Below, in pieces: positions 8,838 to 18,739 of a stretch of 64,000 nt of DNA. The DNA comes from Chloroflexota bacterium (GTDB lineage Bacteria; Chloroflexota; Dehalococcoidia; SZUA-161; SpSt-899). The stretch is taken from the NCBI GenBank assembly GCA_013203045.1, contig JABMQN010000003.1:18073-82072 (forward strand), written 5' to 3'. The notes under the pieces are model-generated. The model did not search any database. It had not been told where the DNA came from and worked only from the letters and a program-made list of their open reading frames with translations. A program made the translations under genes and the position numbers. Positions within the stretch are counted from its first letter, which is position 1. Each line of letters starts with the position of its first letter.

Positions 8838-10055
8838 CTAAATCACCCCTTCGGCCCGAAGTTTCTCGATCTCATCTGAAGTATAGCCCACAATATCGGC
8901 AAGTATTTCCTCAGTATGCTGTCCCATTTTTGGGGATGCGCTCTTGGTTCCGGCCCAGGTTTTACTGAAGTGAACCGGATATCCGGGTATCTTCGTTTTT
9001 CCCCTTTCAGGGTGTTCGAAATCGACGATGTAGTCGTTGGCCAGTATTTGCGGATCGTGTGGAAGTTCGGAGGGTTTGTTCACTTCGCAACAGACGAAGT
9101 CGTTTTCCTTGAGAGCTTTCAACCATTCATCCCGGGGTTTCGTGGCGAATATCTCATCGAAGATGGGAACAAGCTGATCCGCATTTGCCAGGCGGTTTTC
9201 ATCAGTATCGAACCGCGGGTCAGTTTCCAGTTCCGGGTGTCCGAGAACCTGGCAAAGCGTGGCCCATTGCTGCTGCCGTTTCTGTGCCGGAATGGTCATG
9301 ATAAGCCAGCGGTCATCACCGCAGCGGTAGTAATTTCTGGTGGCATGCTCTTTGATGCGCAGGTGCCGAGGGACTTCGTTACTGTCCATGCAGGCGGTAA
9401 ATGCGTTGATGTAGTGTAAATAGATACCAGCGCTGAGTACGGAGACATGGACTTCCTGCCCAAAGCCCTGACGCTCTCGCATGAATAAGGCTGTGAGTAT
9501 CTGATGACTGCACATGATCGCGGTGGCCTGATCGAGGATACCGAACTGTGAAACCATCGGAGGCATGCCTTCCTCGCCTACAGTCCACATCAACCCCGAT
9601 CGTCCCTGACCCTGATAGTCGAATCCGCCCAGATCACGATCCGGACCTTTGGGTCCGTATGCTGATACCCAGGCATAAATTATCTGCGGATTGACTTGCG
9701 AGATGGCGGGATAGTCCATTTTCAAGTCCTCTACCCTCTTCCGACGGAAATTGGTGAGAAACACATCGGATTTCTTAGCCAGCCGATAGGCCACTTCCCT
9801 GCCGGCTTCTTTGCTCACATCCAATGCAATGCTTTTCTTGCCCCGGTTGGCGCACTCATTCCACAGGCTACTCCCATCTGCAAGTTTAAAAGAACTCCGG
9901 TTGACCAGGAATGCCAGTCTGGAAGGGTCCCCTTTACCCGGTTGTTCAATCTTTATCACTTCCGCACCAAGGTCAGCGAGTATGGCTGCCCCCCCCGGTC
10001 CGGCGTGATATGAGCCCAATTCCAAGACTCGTATTCCATCCAATGGTTGTATCAT
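8838..10055 (-). CDS. CoA-transferase family III (CaiB/BaiF/formyl-CoA transferase-like)
   Basis: MIQPLDGIRVLELGSYHAGPGGAAILADLGAEVIKIE N-terminus typical of family III. Start moved to internal ATG 10053-10055 with AGGAG RBS; the 37-aa track extension would overlap the upstream gene. Confidence 0.85.
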   Translation of the reverse strand: MIQPLDGIRVLELGSYHAGPGGAAILADLGAEVIKIEQPGKGDPSRLAFLVNRSSFKLADGSSLWNECANRGKKSIALDVSKEAGREVAYRLAKKSDVFLTNFRRKRVEDLKMDYPAISQVNPQIIYAWVSAYGPKGPDRDLGGFDYQGQGRSGLMWTVGEEGMPPMVSQFGILDQATAIMCSHQILTALFMRERQGFGQEVHVSVLSAGIYLHYINAFTACMDSNEVPRHLRIKEHATRNYYRCGDDRWLIMTIPAQKRQQQWATLCQVLGHPELETDPRFDTDENRLANADQLVPIFDEIFATKPRDEWLKALKENDFVCCEVNKPSELPHDPQILANDYIVDFEHPERGKTKIPGYPVHFSKTWAGTKSASPKMGQHTEEILADIVGYTSDEIEKLRAEGVI

Positions 10056-10143
10056 TTTACTCCTACTAAAATCCCCCTTGTTCCCCTTTGCGAAAGGGGA
10101 TTCAGGGGGATTTATTCCACATTTTTGAATGTTCCCTTTTGAG

Positions 10144-11319
10144 CTATGCTTTGTGTTTCTGGACAAATCGTTTCATCCGTTCCAGTGCTTCTTCGATATC
10201 CGGTAATGCAACCGCATAGCAGCAGCGGATGTAACCTTCTCCACACTCCCCGAATGCCGATCCCGGAACCACGGCGATCTTCTCTTCCACCAGGAGTTTC
10301 TCACAAAAGTCTTCCGAAGAAAGCCCCGTCGATTTGATCGAAGGGAAGGCATAGAAAGCGCCTTTGGGTTCGAAACATGTCAGGCCGATATCATTTAATC
10401 CTTTTACGATGAAACGACGACGATGGTCGTAATCGGCCACCATTGATTGTACAGCTTCCTCTCCATTTTTCAGCGCTTCTATAGCGGCCATTTGAGCCAT
10501 GATCGGTGCGCACATCATGACGTATTGATGGACCTTCATCATGGCTTCGATGATGTGATCTGGGGCTGCCGCATACCCGATCCGCCAACCGGTCATGGCA
10601 TAGGCTTTGGAGAATCCGTTTACCAGTATGGTGCGTTCACGCATGCCGGGTAAAGCAGCAAAACACGTGTGACTGGTACCATAAACTAGTCGGTCGTAAA
10701 TCTCGTCAGAGATAACAAGCAAGTCGTGACGTTGGGCCACATCAGCTATTTGGGTCATATCGTCACGTTCCAGAACGGTACCGGTGGGATTATTCGGATA
10801 ACCCAGCAGCATGGCCCTGGTTTTTTGGGTGACTCGTTTTTCAATCTCGGCAGCTTGAGGTTTGAAATCATCCTCAGCGAACGTTGGCACGGGAGCGACG
10901 GTACCACCGGCGAGAATAGTGTAGGGCATGTATGCCACGTAGCTCGGGTCCGGAATAACAACTTCCTCGCCGGGATCAAGAATGGCACGCATGGCCAGAT
11001 CAAGTGCTTCACTGGAGCCGGTAGTGACCAGGATTTCGGTGTTGGGATCGTATACAAGCCCATAGCGAGACTTCAGGTGCTTAGCGATTTCCTTCCGTAG
11101 TTCGATCAGGCCATAGTTGGAGGTATACATGGTATAGCCTTTTTCGATAGCGTAAATACCAGCTTCTGAAATATGCCATGGTGTGACGAAATCGGGCTCA
11201 CCAACGCCCAGCGATATGACCCCTTCCATCGAAGCAATCAAATCGAAATACTTGCGTATCCCCGAGGCCGGAATCGCTTGAACCCGTTGTGAGATTGGAT
11301 TATCAATACCTTTTCCCAT
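10144..11319 (-). CDS. pyridoxal-phosphate-dependent aminotransferase, class I/II (aspartate aminotransferase family)
   Basis: 391 aa with PLP lysine region GFSKAYAMTGWRIGY and N-terminal GVGEPDF motif. Confidence 0.85.
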   Translation of the reverse strand: MGKGIDNPISQRVQAIPASGIRKYFDLIASMEGVISLGVGEPDFVTPWHISEAGIYAIEKGYTMYTSNYGLIELRKEIAKHLKSRYGLVYDPNTEILVTTGSSEALDLAMRAILDPGEEVVIPDPSYVAYMPYTILAGGTVAPVPTFAEDDFKPQAAEIEKRVTQKTRAMLLGYPNNPTGTVLERDDMTQIADVAQRHDLLVISDEIYDRLVYGTSHTCFAALPGMRERTILVNGFSKAYAMTGWRIGYAAAPDHIIEAMMKVHQYVMMCAPIMAQMAAIEALKNGEEAVQSMVADYDHRRRFIVKGLNDIGLTCFEPKGAFYAFPSIKSTGLSSEDFCEKLLVEEKIAVVPGSAFGECGEGYIRCCYAVALPDIEEALERMKRFVQKHKA

Positions 11320-11404
11320 AGCTATTTCCTGTTGGTTTCGTAAGTTCGTTTATTAATAATACCTGATATTTGTTTTCATATCTACCCAGACTGTAGAACA
11401 CTGC

Positions 11405-11433
11405 TTGACTTACCCAAAACTATTTGCTAGTAT
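11405..11433 (+). promoter_or_regulatory. sigma70-like promoter TTGACT-17-TAGTAT
   Basis: Hexamers and 17-nt spacer read directly. Lies immediately upstream of the palindrome at 11435-11458. Confidence 0.5.
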
Positions 11434-11434
11434 C

Positions 11435-11458
11435 GTTATTGCAACTAGTTGCAATAAC
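11435..11458. promoter_or_regulatory. perfect 24-bp palindrome GTTATTGCAACTAGTTGCAATAAC (candidate dimeric-repressor operator of the ECF metal-transporter operon)
   Basis: Perfect dyad symmetry read directly. Position overlaps the predicted +1 of the promoter driving the operon starting at 11507. Confidence 0.6.
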
Positions 11459-11506
11459 ATTTGTTTGCACAAGGCCGGCTTTACAATTTAAGCAAGGAGA
11501 GTTTTA

Positions 11507-12283
11507 ATGGCGAAAAAGGCTTTTATGCTAGTTGTGGCTTCATTGCTAACAGCTAGTCTATTAATCATAGGGTGTTCCAGCGATAATGATGAAGGCGCGG
11601 ATGCAACTGACGATGCTAGTGAAGTAGGCACACTGGAGTTCAACGCCAATGGGGAAGATTTTGTCCGGCAGGGGTTTGTTTCCAAAGATGGTTGGAGTGT
11701 CACATTTGATCATGTCTATATTACACTTTCGAATATCACTGCTTATCAGACGGACCCGCCGTATGATGCTCATGAAGATGGGAAGGTCGAGGTGAAGCTT
11801 GATGGAATTCATACCGTGGATTTGGCTGAGGGCGATGAGACTGCTGCGCCAATATTCGTGGGTGAGATCAGTGATGCGGCTACGGGTCACTATAACACCA
11901 TTTTTTGGAGGATGGATAGGGCCGATTCAGGTCCTTCAGCCGGGTATTCTCTGGTGATGATTGGCATAGCTGAAAAGGATGGTCATGTGGAGGATTTTTC
12001 CATAAAGATTGACTCGATATGCAGGTACAGTTGCGGTGAATACGTCGGTGATGAACGCAAAGGCATTCTTTCTGAAGGTAGCACAGCAGATATGGAAATG
12101 ACCTTCCATTTCGATCATCTCTTTGGCGATGCGGATATCCCGGCGGATGATGAACTTAATCTTGGAGCGCTAGGTTTTGAGGCGCTTTTGGAGATGCCGG
12201 AAGGCGGGGACCCGGATATCAATATGGCGGAGCTTCATCTCGGGCATGTTGGTGAAGGACATTGTTTTTGCGAGTGTGAGTAG
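11507..12283 (+). CDS. lipoprotein with Cys/His-rich C-terminus (putative metal-capturing accessory component of ECF transporter)
   Basis: Lipobox LLIIG-C after signal peptide. C-terminus HLGHVGEGHCFCECE. First gene of the operon ending with cbiM-cbiQ-cbiO. Confidence 0.55.
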   Translation: MAKKAFMLVVASLLTASLLIIGCSSDNDEGADATDDASEVGTLEFNANGEDFVRQGFVSKDGWSVTFDHVYITLSNITAYQTDPPYDAHEDGKVEVKLDGIHTVDLAEGDETAAPIFVGEISDAATGHYNTIFWRMDRADSGPSAGYSLVMIGIAEKDGHVEDFSIKIDSICRYSCGEYVGDERKGILSEGSTADMEMTFHFDHLFGDADIPADDELNLGALGFEALLEMPEGGDPDINMAELHLGHVGEGHCFCECE

Positions 12284-12330
12284 AAAGTCTCGCCGAAGGT
12301 ATCTTCACCTTCGGGGGCAGCCGGTGCAAT

Positions 12331-12771
12331 ATGAAGCATTCCATTATCGTTCTGATATTTATATTGGCAATTTTATATTTGCCGACTACAGCTTATGCGC
12401 ATGGCGCCAAGATTGAGTACACCGTTGCTACCAACATAGAGATCGTTGCTAAATATGATAGCGGCGAACCGATGGCCAAAGCCCAGGTATCAATTTACGC
12501 ACCCGATAATCCATCAACACCGTGGCTTACCGGAACCTGCGATGAAGAAGGTCGTTTTAGCTTCACTCCTGATACCTCAATTCCTGGCACATGGGATATT
12601 CAAGTCCGTCAGGCAGGTCATGGAGATATGATTCATATAACGATTGACGAGGGCTCTGTGAGTGGCAGCAGTTCAAGCGGCTACTCCACCGGCCAGATTA
12701 TAATCATGGCTGTTTGTGTGATCTGGGGTATCTTGGGCACAGCCCTGTTTTTCAAGCGGAGAAAAGCATAA
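12331..12771 (+). CDS. small membrane protein with N- and C-terminal TM helices and periplasmic beta domain (CbiN/NikN/NikL-like accessory component)
   Basis: MKHSIIVLIFILAILYLP...GQIIIMAVCVIWGILGTALFFKRRKA. Stop overlaps cbiM start (TAATG). Confidence 0.45.
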   Translation: MKHSIIVLIFILAILYLPTTAYAHGAKIEYTVATNIEIVAKYDSGEPMAKAQVSIYAPDNPSTPWLTGTCDEEGRFSFTPDTSIPGTWDIQVRQAGHGDMIHITIDEGSVSGSSSSGYSTGQIIIMAVCVIWGILGTALFFKRRKA

Positions 12772-13412
12772 TGCACATTCCTGATGGCTACCTCCCAACT
12801 GCTGTCTGTGCTGCCGGTTATGCAATAGCAGTCCCGGTCACAGCGTTTGCTCTTTACAAAATAAGAAAGGAGGGAGACCCTCGAGAAAAAATACCCAAGG
12901 CTTCCCTCCTGACGGCCGCCTTTTTCGTTGCCTCATGGATTCACATTCCCGTACCTCCAACGAGTGTGCATCTCATATTGAGTGGCTTGATGGGATCAAT
13001 ATTAGGGTATTTTGCCTTTCCCGCTATTCTGATAGGGCTCTTTCTGCAAGCAGTAATGTTCGGTCATGGGGGCCTTTCCACACTTGGAGTAAACGCGATT
13101 GTGATCGGATTGCCCGCACTTGTGGCCTATCATATCTTTCGTTTACGAACCTTGTTTGGAGAAGCGAATCGGACTGGAACCGGGATCTTCGGATTTCTGG
13201 CGAGCCTGTGTGCAATCGGAATTTCTACAGGTTTGTTCGTTGTTCTACTAATTAATTTCATCCCCGCTGATATGGATGCTGACGATGAAAGAAATGCTAT
13301 ACTAGCGTTGGCACTCGGGCATGTACCGCTGATGTTTATTGAAGGGGCATTCACTGCATTCGTGACTATGTTCTTACTCAGGGTCAGGCCGCAGATGTTA
13401 ATTGGAATATGA
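12771..13412 (+). CDS. cbiM: ECF transporter substrate-specific component CbiM/NikM
   Basis: Begins MHIPDGYL, the hallmark CbiM/NikM N-terminus. Multi-TM. True ATG at 12771; track ORF starts upstream at an alternative codon. Confidence 0.9.
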   Translation: MHIPDGYLPTAVCAAGYAIAVPVTAFALYKIRKEGDPREKIPKASLLTAAFFVASWIHIPVPPTSVHLILSGLMGSILGYFAFPAILIGLFLQAVMFGHGGLSTLGVNAIVIGLPALVAYHIFRLRTLFGEANRTGTGIFGFLASLCAIGISTGLFVVLLINFIPADMDADDERNAILALALGHVPLMFIEGAFTAFVTMFLLRVRPQMLIGI

Positions 13413-14173
13413 AGTTTGTTCTGGATCAACATGCGCACCTCAATTCTCCGATCCATCGCTGGGACCCCCGTTTCAAGCTGATTGGTTTCATACTGCTGAT
13501 TTTTGCCTTTTCATTTGTGAGCCATTTGTACTTGTTACCAGCAATGGCAGCAGTAACAATCACTATATTCGCAATCTCCAGAATCCCCATATCATTCATC
13601 CTGGCTCGATTGCGATATCCCTCCTTTTTCTTGTTCATCGTAGTGATTATGTTGCCATTCATTTCAGGTTCAGATGTCCTTTTCAACATTGGAATTCTGG
13701 ATGTGAACAAAGAGGGATGCGAGGCTGCCCTTTTAATATCCGTAAGATTTTTCTGTATTCTTACGTTGGGATTGATCCTCTTTAGTACTGCTCCCCTCAT
13801 CATTTCTATAAAGGCAATGCGTTCTCTTGGGCTTCCATCTATACTGGCAGATATGACTCTGCTCACTTTCCGTTATCTTTTTGAGATTGGGAATTACTTA
13901 CACCAGATGGAGACCGCACTGAGGCTCAGGGGATTTAAGGCGCGACGCTTCAGCCGACGGGGATTCAATACGCTGGCATGGTTGGGAGGGAGTATTTTGG
14001 TACGCACCTACGAACGGTCCGAATGGATTTACAAGGCAATGATTATACGCGGTTACGGTCGAGATACAAAAATGGCCCAAGTTGGTTTCCAAGCTGCTAC
14101 CCGTGATATCCTGGCACTGGGGCTACTAGTCCTGCTTGCAACTGGATTTGTTGTGGTTCAGGTATTAACATAA
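13409..14173 (+). CDS. cbiQ: ECF transporter transmembrane (T) component CbiQ
   Basis: RWDPRFKLIGFILLIFAF motif and multi-TM protein. ATGA overlap with cbiM. Confidence 0.85.
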   Translation: MKFVLDQHAHLNSPIHRWDPRFKLIGFILLIFAFSFVSHLYLLPAMAAVTITIFAISRIPISFILARLRYPSFFLFIVVIMLPFISGSDVLFNIGILDVNKEGCEAALLISVRFFCILTLGLILFSTAPLIISIKAMRSLGLPSILADMTLLTFRYLFEIGNYLHQMETALRLRGFKARRFSRRGFNTLAWLGGSILVRTYERSEWIYKAMIIRGYGRDTKMAQVGFQAATRDILALGLLVLLATGFVVVQVLT

Positions 14174-14192
14174 TGCGAGTATTAGTTTAAAC

Positions 14193-14942
14193 ATGTCTGC
14201 GAAATCAATTGATTTGGCTCTTGAAGTTAGCGGATTGAGCTTCTCGTATCCGGATAAGGCTGATGTTTTGCGAGATATCAACCTGGAAATACAATCCGGG
14301 GAGAAAGTTGGGTTGATAGGCCCCAACGGAGCCGGGAAAACCACGTTGTTCCTTTCGATATGTGGGGTGCTAAAGCCTTCCAAAGGTGAAGTATTCGTGT
14401 TGGGCAAACCGGTAAAAAGCGGAGACTTCCACCCCGAAATCGGGATGGTCTTTCAGAATCCCGATGATCAATTATTTTGCCCCTCGGTACGCGACGATGT
14501 GGCTTTCGGACCGCAAAACATGGGACTTCCGAAGAATGAGATTGAAATGCGGGTATCTGAAGCGCTTTTAGATGTAGGATGCCAGGAACTTGCAGGAAGG
14601 CCGCCACACCATCTTTCCGGGGGAGAGAAGCGGATGGTCTCGATTGCAGGCGTGCTAGCCATGCGGCCTGACCTGGTGATATACGATGAGCCAAGTGCCA
14701 ATCTCGGTATGCGTTCTCGCCGTCGAGTCATTAATCTTTTGCAAGCCTCCAAACAAACGATTCTGATTTCCTCTCATGACCTCGAACTCATTTTAGAAGT
14801 ATGTGACCGTGTGGTCATGCTGGATAGCGGTCAAATCGTGGCAGATGGGAATCCTCGCCAAATCATGGACGATGAGGAATTGATGGAAACTTATGGCCAG
14901 GAAAAACCCCATTCCCTCATTCCACATGTAAAACCCCATTAA
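14193..14942 (+). CDS. cbiO: ECF transporter ATPase (A) component CbiO
   Basis: Walker A GPNGAGKTT, ABC signature LSGGEKRM, Walker B LVIYDEP. Confidence 0.9.
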   Translation: MSAKSIDLALEVSGLSFSYPDKADVLRDINLEIQSGEKVGLIGPNGAGKTTLFLSICGVLKPSKGEVFVLGKPVKSGDFHPEIGMVFQNPDDQLFCPSVRDDVAFGPQNMGLPKNEIEMRVSEALLDVGCQELAGRPPHHLSGGEKRMVSIAGVLAMRPDLVIYDEPSANLGMRSRRRVINLLQASKQTILISSHDLELILEVCDRVVMLDSGQIVADGNPRQIMDDEELMETYGQEKPHSLIPHVKPH

Positions 14943-15183
14943 GCGCTTATTGCGCCACATCGACAAAACGTTGTCGATAACGCGCAAAGCCAAATATCAA
15001 AGTGCAAAGTTCAAATTAAGACCAAATGACAAATGTTAAACACTATTTCAGGGCATGGCTTCATGGCATTTGGATTTTGGAATTTGTTATGTCACTGTCC
15101 ATCCGATACCGGAAGGGCCACCTCGTCCGAGACTCTGCTCGGATGAGACGTAGTTCTTTATACCCTGGAATGTGTTTTCCTAC

Positions 15184-15213
15184 TTTACAATAAATAGCCG
15201 GTTTTGTTACAAT
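15184..15213 (+). promoter_or_regulatory. sigma70-like promoter TTTACA-18-TACAAT upstream of xerD-like gene
   Basis: Hexamers read directly. Confidence 0.4.
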
Positions 15214-15268
15214 GCTAGTCGTCGAAATCCACATCGATGCCTAAATTTATCCTCAAAGGAAACAAATT

Positions 15269-16180
15269 ATGGGTTACATGATCGGAAATTTCCTAAACTA
15301 TATCACTGTTGAAAAGGGGTTTTCCCAAAATACAATTTCCGCCTACAAAAATGATTTGACCCAGTTTGCTGCCTTCGTCGAAGCTCAGTGCAAAGAGAAA
15401 GGCTTGGGTTCTCCGGATTGGACTGCCGTAGATCGGGACATGCTCATGACCCATGTTTTAAAACTTAAGGAAAGGCAATATGCCCCAGCCACGGTTGCCA
15501 GAAAAGTGGCCGCAGTTAAATCGTTTTTCAATTTTCTGGTTAGTGAAGGCGTTGTGAAAGCGGATCCAACGGAGAATATAGCTGGTGCCAGGCTGGGAAA
15601 AACGTTGCCTAAGGTCCTCTCTGTTTCCCAGGTGGAGGAGTTACTATCAGAACCAACCAAGCAATCCACACCTGAGGCTATAAGAGATAAAACTATGCTC
15701 GAGACACTCTATGCTACTGGCATGCGGGTGACAGAACTCATCACGCTAAATGTCGATGATGTAAACCTTGATGATGGGTTTATCCGTTGTTTTGGCAAAG
15801 GCTCAAAAGAGCGGTTGATTCCCATCCATGAACAAGCCATCAGGGACCTGATAGCATACATTCAGGAAACTCGCCCTCAGATAGCTCGCCAAGATGAGCA
15901 GGCCCTGTTCGTGAATGTGCGTGGACGTCGCCTGACCAGGCAAGGCCTTTGGCTCATTCTGAAGAACTATGCAAAAACCTTAGGAATCGAAAATGAAATC
16001 ACCCCTCATACTCTTCGCCACAGTATTGCTACGCATCTTCTCCATAGCGGGAAAATGAATTTACGGGAACTTCAAGAGTTCCTGGGGCATGCCAATATTT
16101 CAACCACTCAGATATACACTCACCTGACCAGCGAACACGTTCGTAAAGTCTATGAGAGCTCGCACCCGCGGGCAAAATAG
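15269..16180 (+). CDS. xerD: tyrosine site-specific recombinase XerC/XerD family
   Basis: N-terminal SAM-like core-binding domain. Catalytic region HTLRHSIATHLL...LGHANISTTQIYTHL with R..HxxR..Y. Confidence 0.85.
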   Translation: MGYMIGNFLNYITVEKGFSQNTISAYKNDLTQFAAFVEAQCKEKGLGSPDWTAVDRDMLMTHVLKLKERQYAPATVARKVAAVKSFFNFLVSEGVVKADPTENIAGARLGKTLPKVLSVSQVEELLSEPTKQSTPEAIRDKTMLETLYATGMRVTELITLNVDDVNLDDGFIRCFGKGSKERLIPIHEQAIRDLIAYIQETRPQIARQDEQALFVNVRGRRLTRQGLWLILKNYAKTLGIENEITPHTLRHSIATHLLHSGKMNLRELQEFLGHANISTTQIYTHLTSEHVRKVYESSHPRAK

Positions 16181-16219
16181 ACATTAGGCAGATACGGCAC
16201 AATATCAAAGGATATATCT

Positions 16220-16687
16220 GTGTTTATCGGAGTTATCGGCGGCGGCAGATGTTCCAAGAAGGTGGCAATTTTAGCCGAAGGAGTAGGCCGCGAGCTGGCT
16301 GAGCATGGTGCAACGCTCGTATGCGGTGGATTGGGTGGAGTAATGGAAGCTGCTTGCAGGGGAGCACGAGAGGCAGGTGGCCGAACCATAGGGATTCTCC
16401 CCGGCAACAGAGCCGAAGATGCGAATGCATACGTTGACACCCCCATCGTTACCGGAATAGGTGAGATGCGCAATGTGATCATCATCAAATCGGTTGAAGT
16501 GGTGATTGCGATCGATGGGCAATACGGGACCCTTTCGGAAATCGGACATGCCCTGGCCAGAGGAATTCCAGTGGTTGGCTTAGATACTTGGGAATTGTCC
16601 CAGCGTGGAAAGCTGAAAGATTCGATAATCCTTGCCAAAGATGCCAAAGACGCAGTAGAGAAGGCACTGGCTGCTGTTAGTGTTTGA
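16220..16687 (+). CDS. TIGR00725/LOG-family Rossmann-fold nucleotide-binding protein
   Basis: VIGGGRCSKKVAILAEGVGRELAEHGATLVCGGLGGVMEAA and PGNRAED...VDTPIVTGIGEMRN signature. GTG start with AAGGA RBS. Confidence 0.75.
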   Translation: MFIGVIGGGRCSKKVAILAEGVGRELAEHGATLVCGGLGGVMEAACRGAREAGGRTIGILPGNRAEDANAYVDTPIVTGIGEMRNVIIIKSVEVVIAIDGQYGTLSEIGHALARGIPVVGLDTWELSQRGKLKDSIILAKDAKDAVEKALAAVSV

Positions 16688-16713
16688 CTGCACAAATGAG
16701 GTCGCCCGGAAAC

Positions 16714-16735
16714 GTAGTGCGAGGCTTTAGCCTCG
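16714..16735. repeat. REP-like hairpin GTAGTGCGAGGCTTTAGCCTCG
   Basis: Copy of the motif also at 7488-7511 and 29145-29167. Confidence 0.7.
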
Positions 16736-16758
16736 ATAAACAAAGAGGGGGGATTGGT

Positions 16759-17043
16759 ATGGCAACGTTCATGATGTTTGGCAAGTACTCGGCAGAGGCA
16801 TTGAAAGGGATCAGTGCCGATCGTACAAGCAAGGCTGCTGACTTGATGAAGGGTTACGGTGGCGAAATAACCTCCATGTATGCCATGCTGGGAGGCAATG
16901 ATCTGGTCTTGATTGTTGACTTACCGGGTGTGGGAGAGGCGATGAAAGCCTCAGTTGCCCTTAGCAAAACCACCGGAATTGCGTTCACTACATCACCGGC
17001 CGTCAAAGTGGAGGACTTCGACAAGCTGATGGCTGGGGTGTGA
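16759..17043 (+). CDS. GYD-domain protein
   Basis: MATFMMFGKYSAEALKGIS...GGEITSMYAMLGGNDLVLIVDLP is GYD-family sequence. ATG at 16759 with AGAGGGGGG RBS; the track extension runs through the REP element. Confidence 0.75.
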   Translation: MATFMMFGKYSAEALKGISADRTSKAADLMKGYGGEITSMYAMLGGNDLVLIVDLPGVGEAMKASVALSKTTGIAFTTSPAVKVEDFDKLMAGV

Positions 17044-17082
17044 AGGCCATTATACTGGCATACTTCCAATTTATGGCGACGC

Positions 17083-17177
17083 TATGACTCTTTGACTAGC
17101 AATTATGCGCTAGCGGAGTGAGTCATAGGGAGGGGTATTTTTCACCCTCACCTAACCTCTCCCATCGAGGGAGAGGA
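17083..17177 (+). promoter_or_regulatory. structured 5' leader of enolase: three consecutive hairpins, the last being CCTCTCCC-ATCGA-GGGAGAGG, immediately before the GGGAGG RBS
   Basis: Inverted repeats read directly. Alternating SD-like (GGGAGG) and anti-SD-like (CCTC) tracts. Confidence 0.4.
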
Positions 17178-17182
17178 ACTAA

Positions 17183-18481
<1,299 letters not shown>

Positions 18482-18553
18482 TGCTGGTTATGTTGTTTCC
18501 GTATGGTCGATTTTTGAATGGTGATGACTGTAGTTAGCGTACGTTTGAGAGCA

Positions 18554-18583
18554 TTGACAGTGGATTTCGTCAGGTGCTAGAAT
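18554..18583 (+). promoter_or_regulatory. sigma70 promoter TTGACA-18-TAGAAT with TGn extended -10 (TGCTAGAAT)
   Basis: Hexamers read directly. Upstream of the CoA-transferase gene at 18740. Confidence 0.55.
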
Positions 18584-18739
18584 CCCACAGAAGAAACGGG
18601 GGGAGAGAAAACAGGGAAAGACTACAACAGACAACCACATCTTTCCACTGGAGATATCTGACCACAGCCAATTATCCTGTATTGGGCTCTTACAATGTAG
18701 CATCGGTGCTGCGTCAAAAACTCAAAGGAGGTTGAACAA

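Noticed and set aside
8690-8968. 92-aa plus-strand ORF at the 3' end of the CoA-transferase gene
   Set aside because: Overlaps the C-terminus of a well-conserved minus-strand gene, with no RBS. The minus-strand 46-aa basic ORF is the better candidate for this gap.
10058-10166. 37-aa N-terminal extension of the CoA-transferase ORF in the six-frame track
   Set aside because: Would overlap the upstream aminotransferase by 23 nt. The internal ATG at 10055 has an AGGAG RBS and begins the conserved MIQPLDGIRVLELG N-terminus.
14943-15183. Imperfect palindrome ATCGACAA-AACG-TTGTCGAT after cbiO as a terminator
   Set aside because: Only an 8-bp AT-rich stem with no T-tract. Too weak to call. Possibly just chance symmetry.
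16150-16743. 197-aa minus-strand ORF spanning the xerD end and the LOG gene
   Set aside because: Antisense to two genes with clear family signatures. Pro/Ser-rich low-complexity translation.
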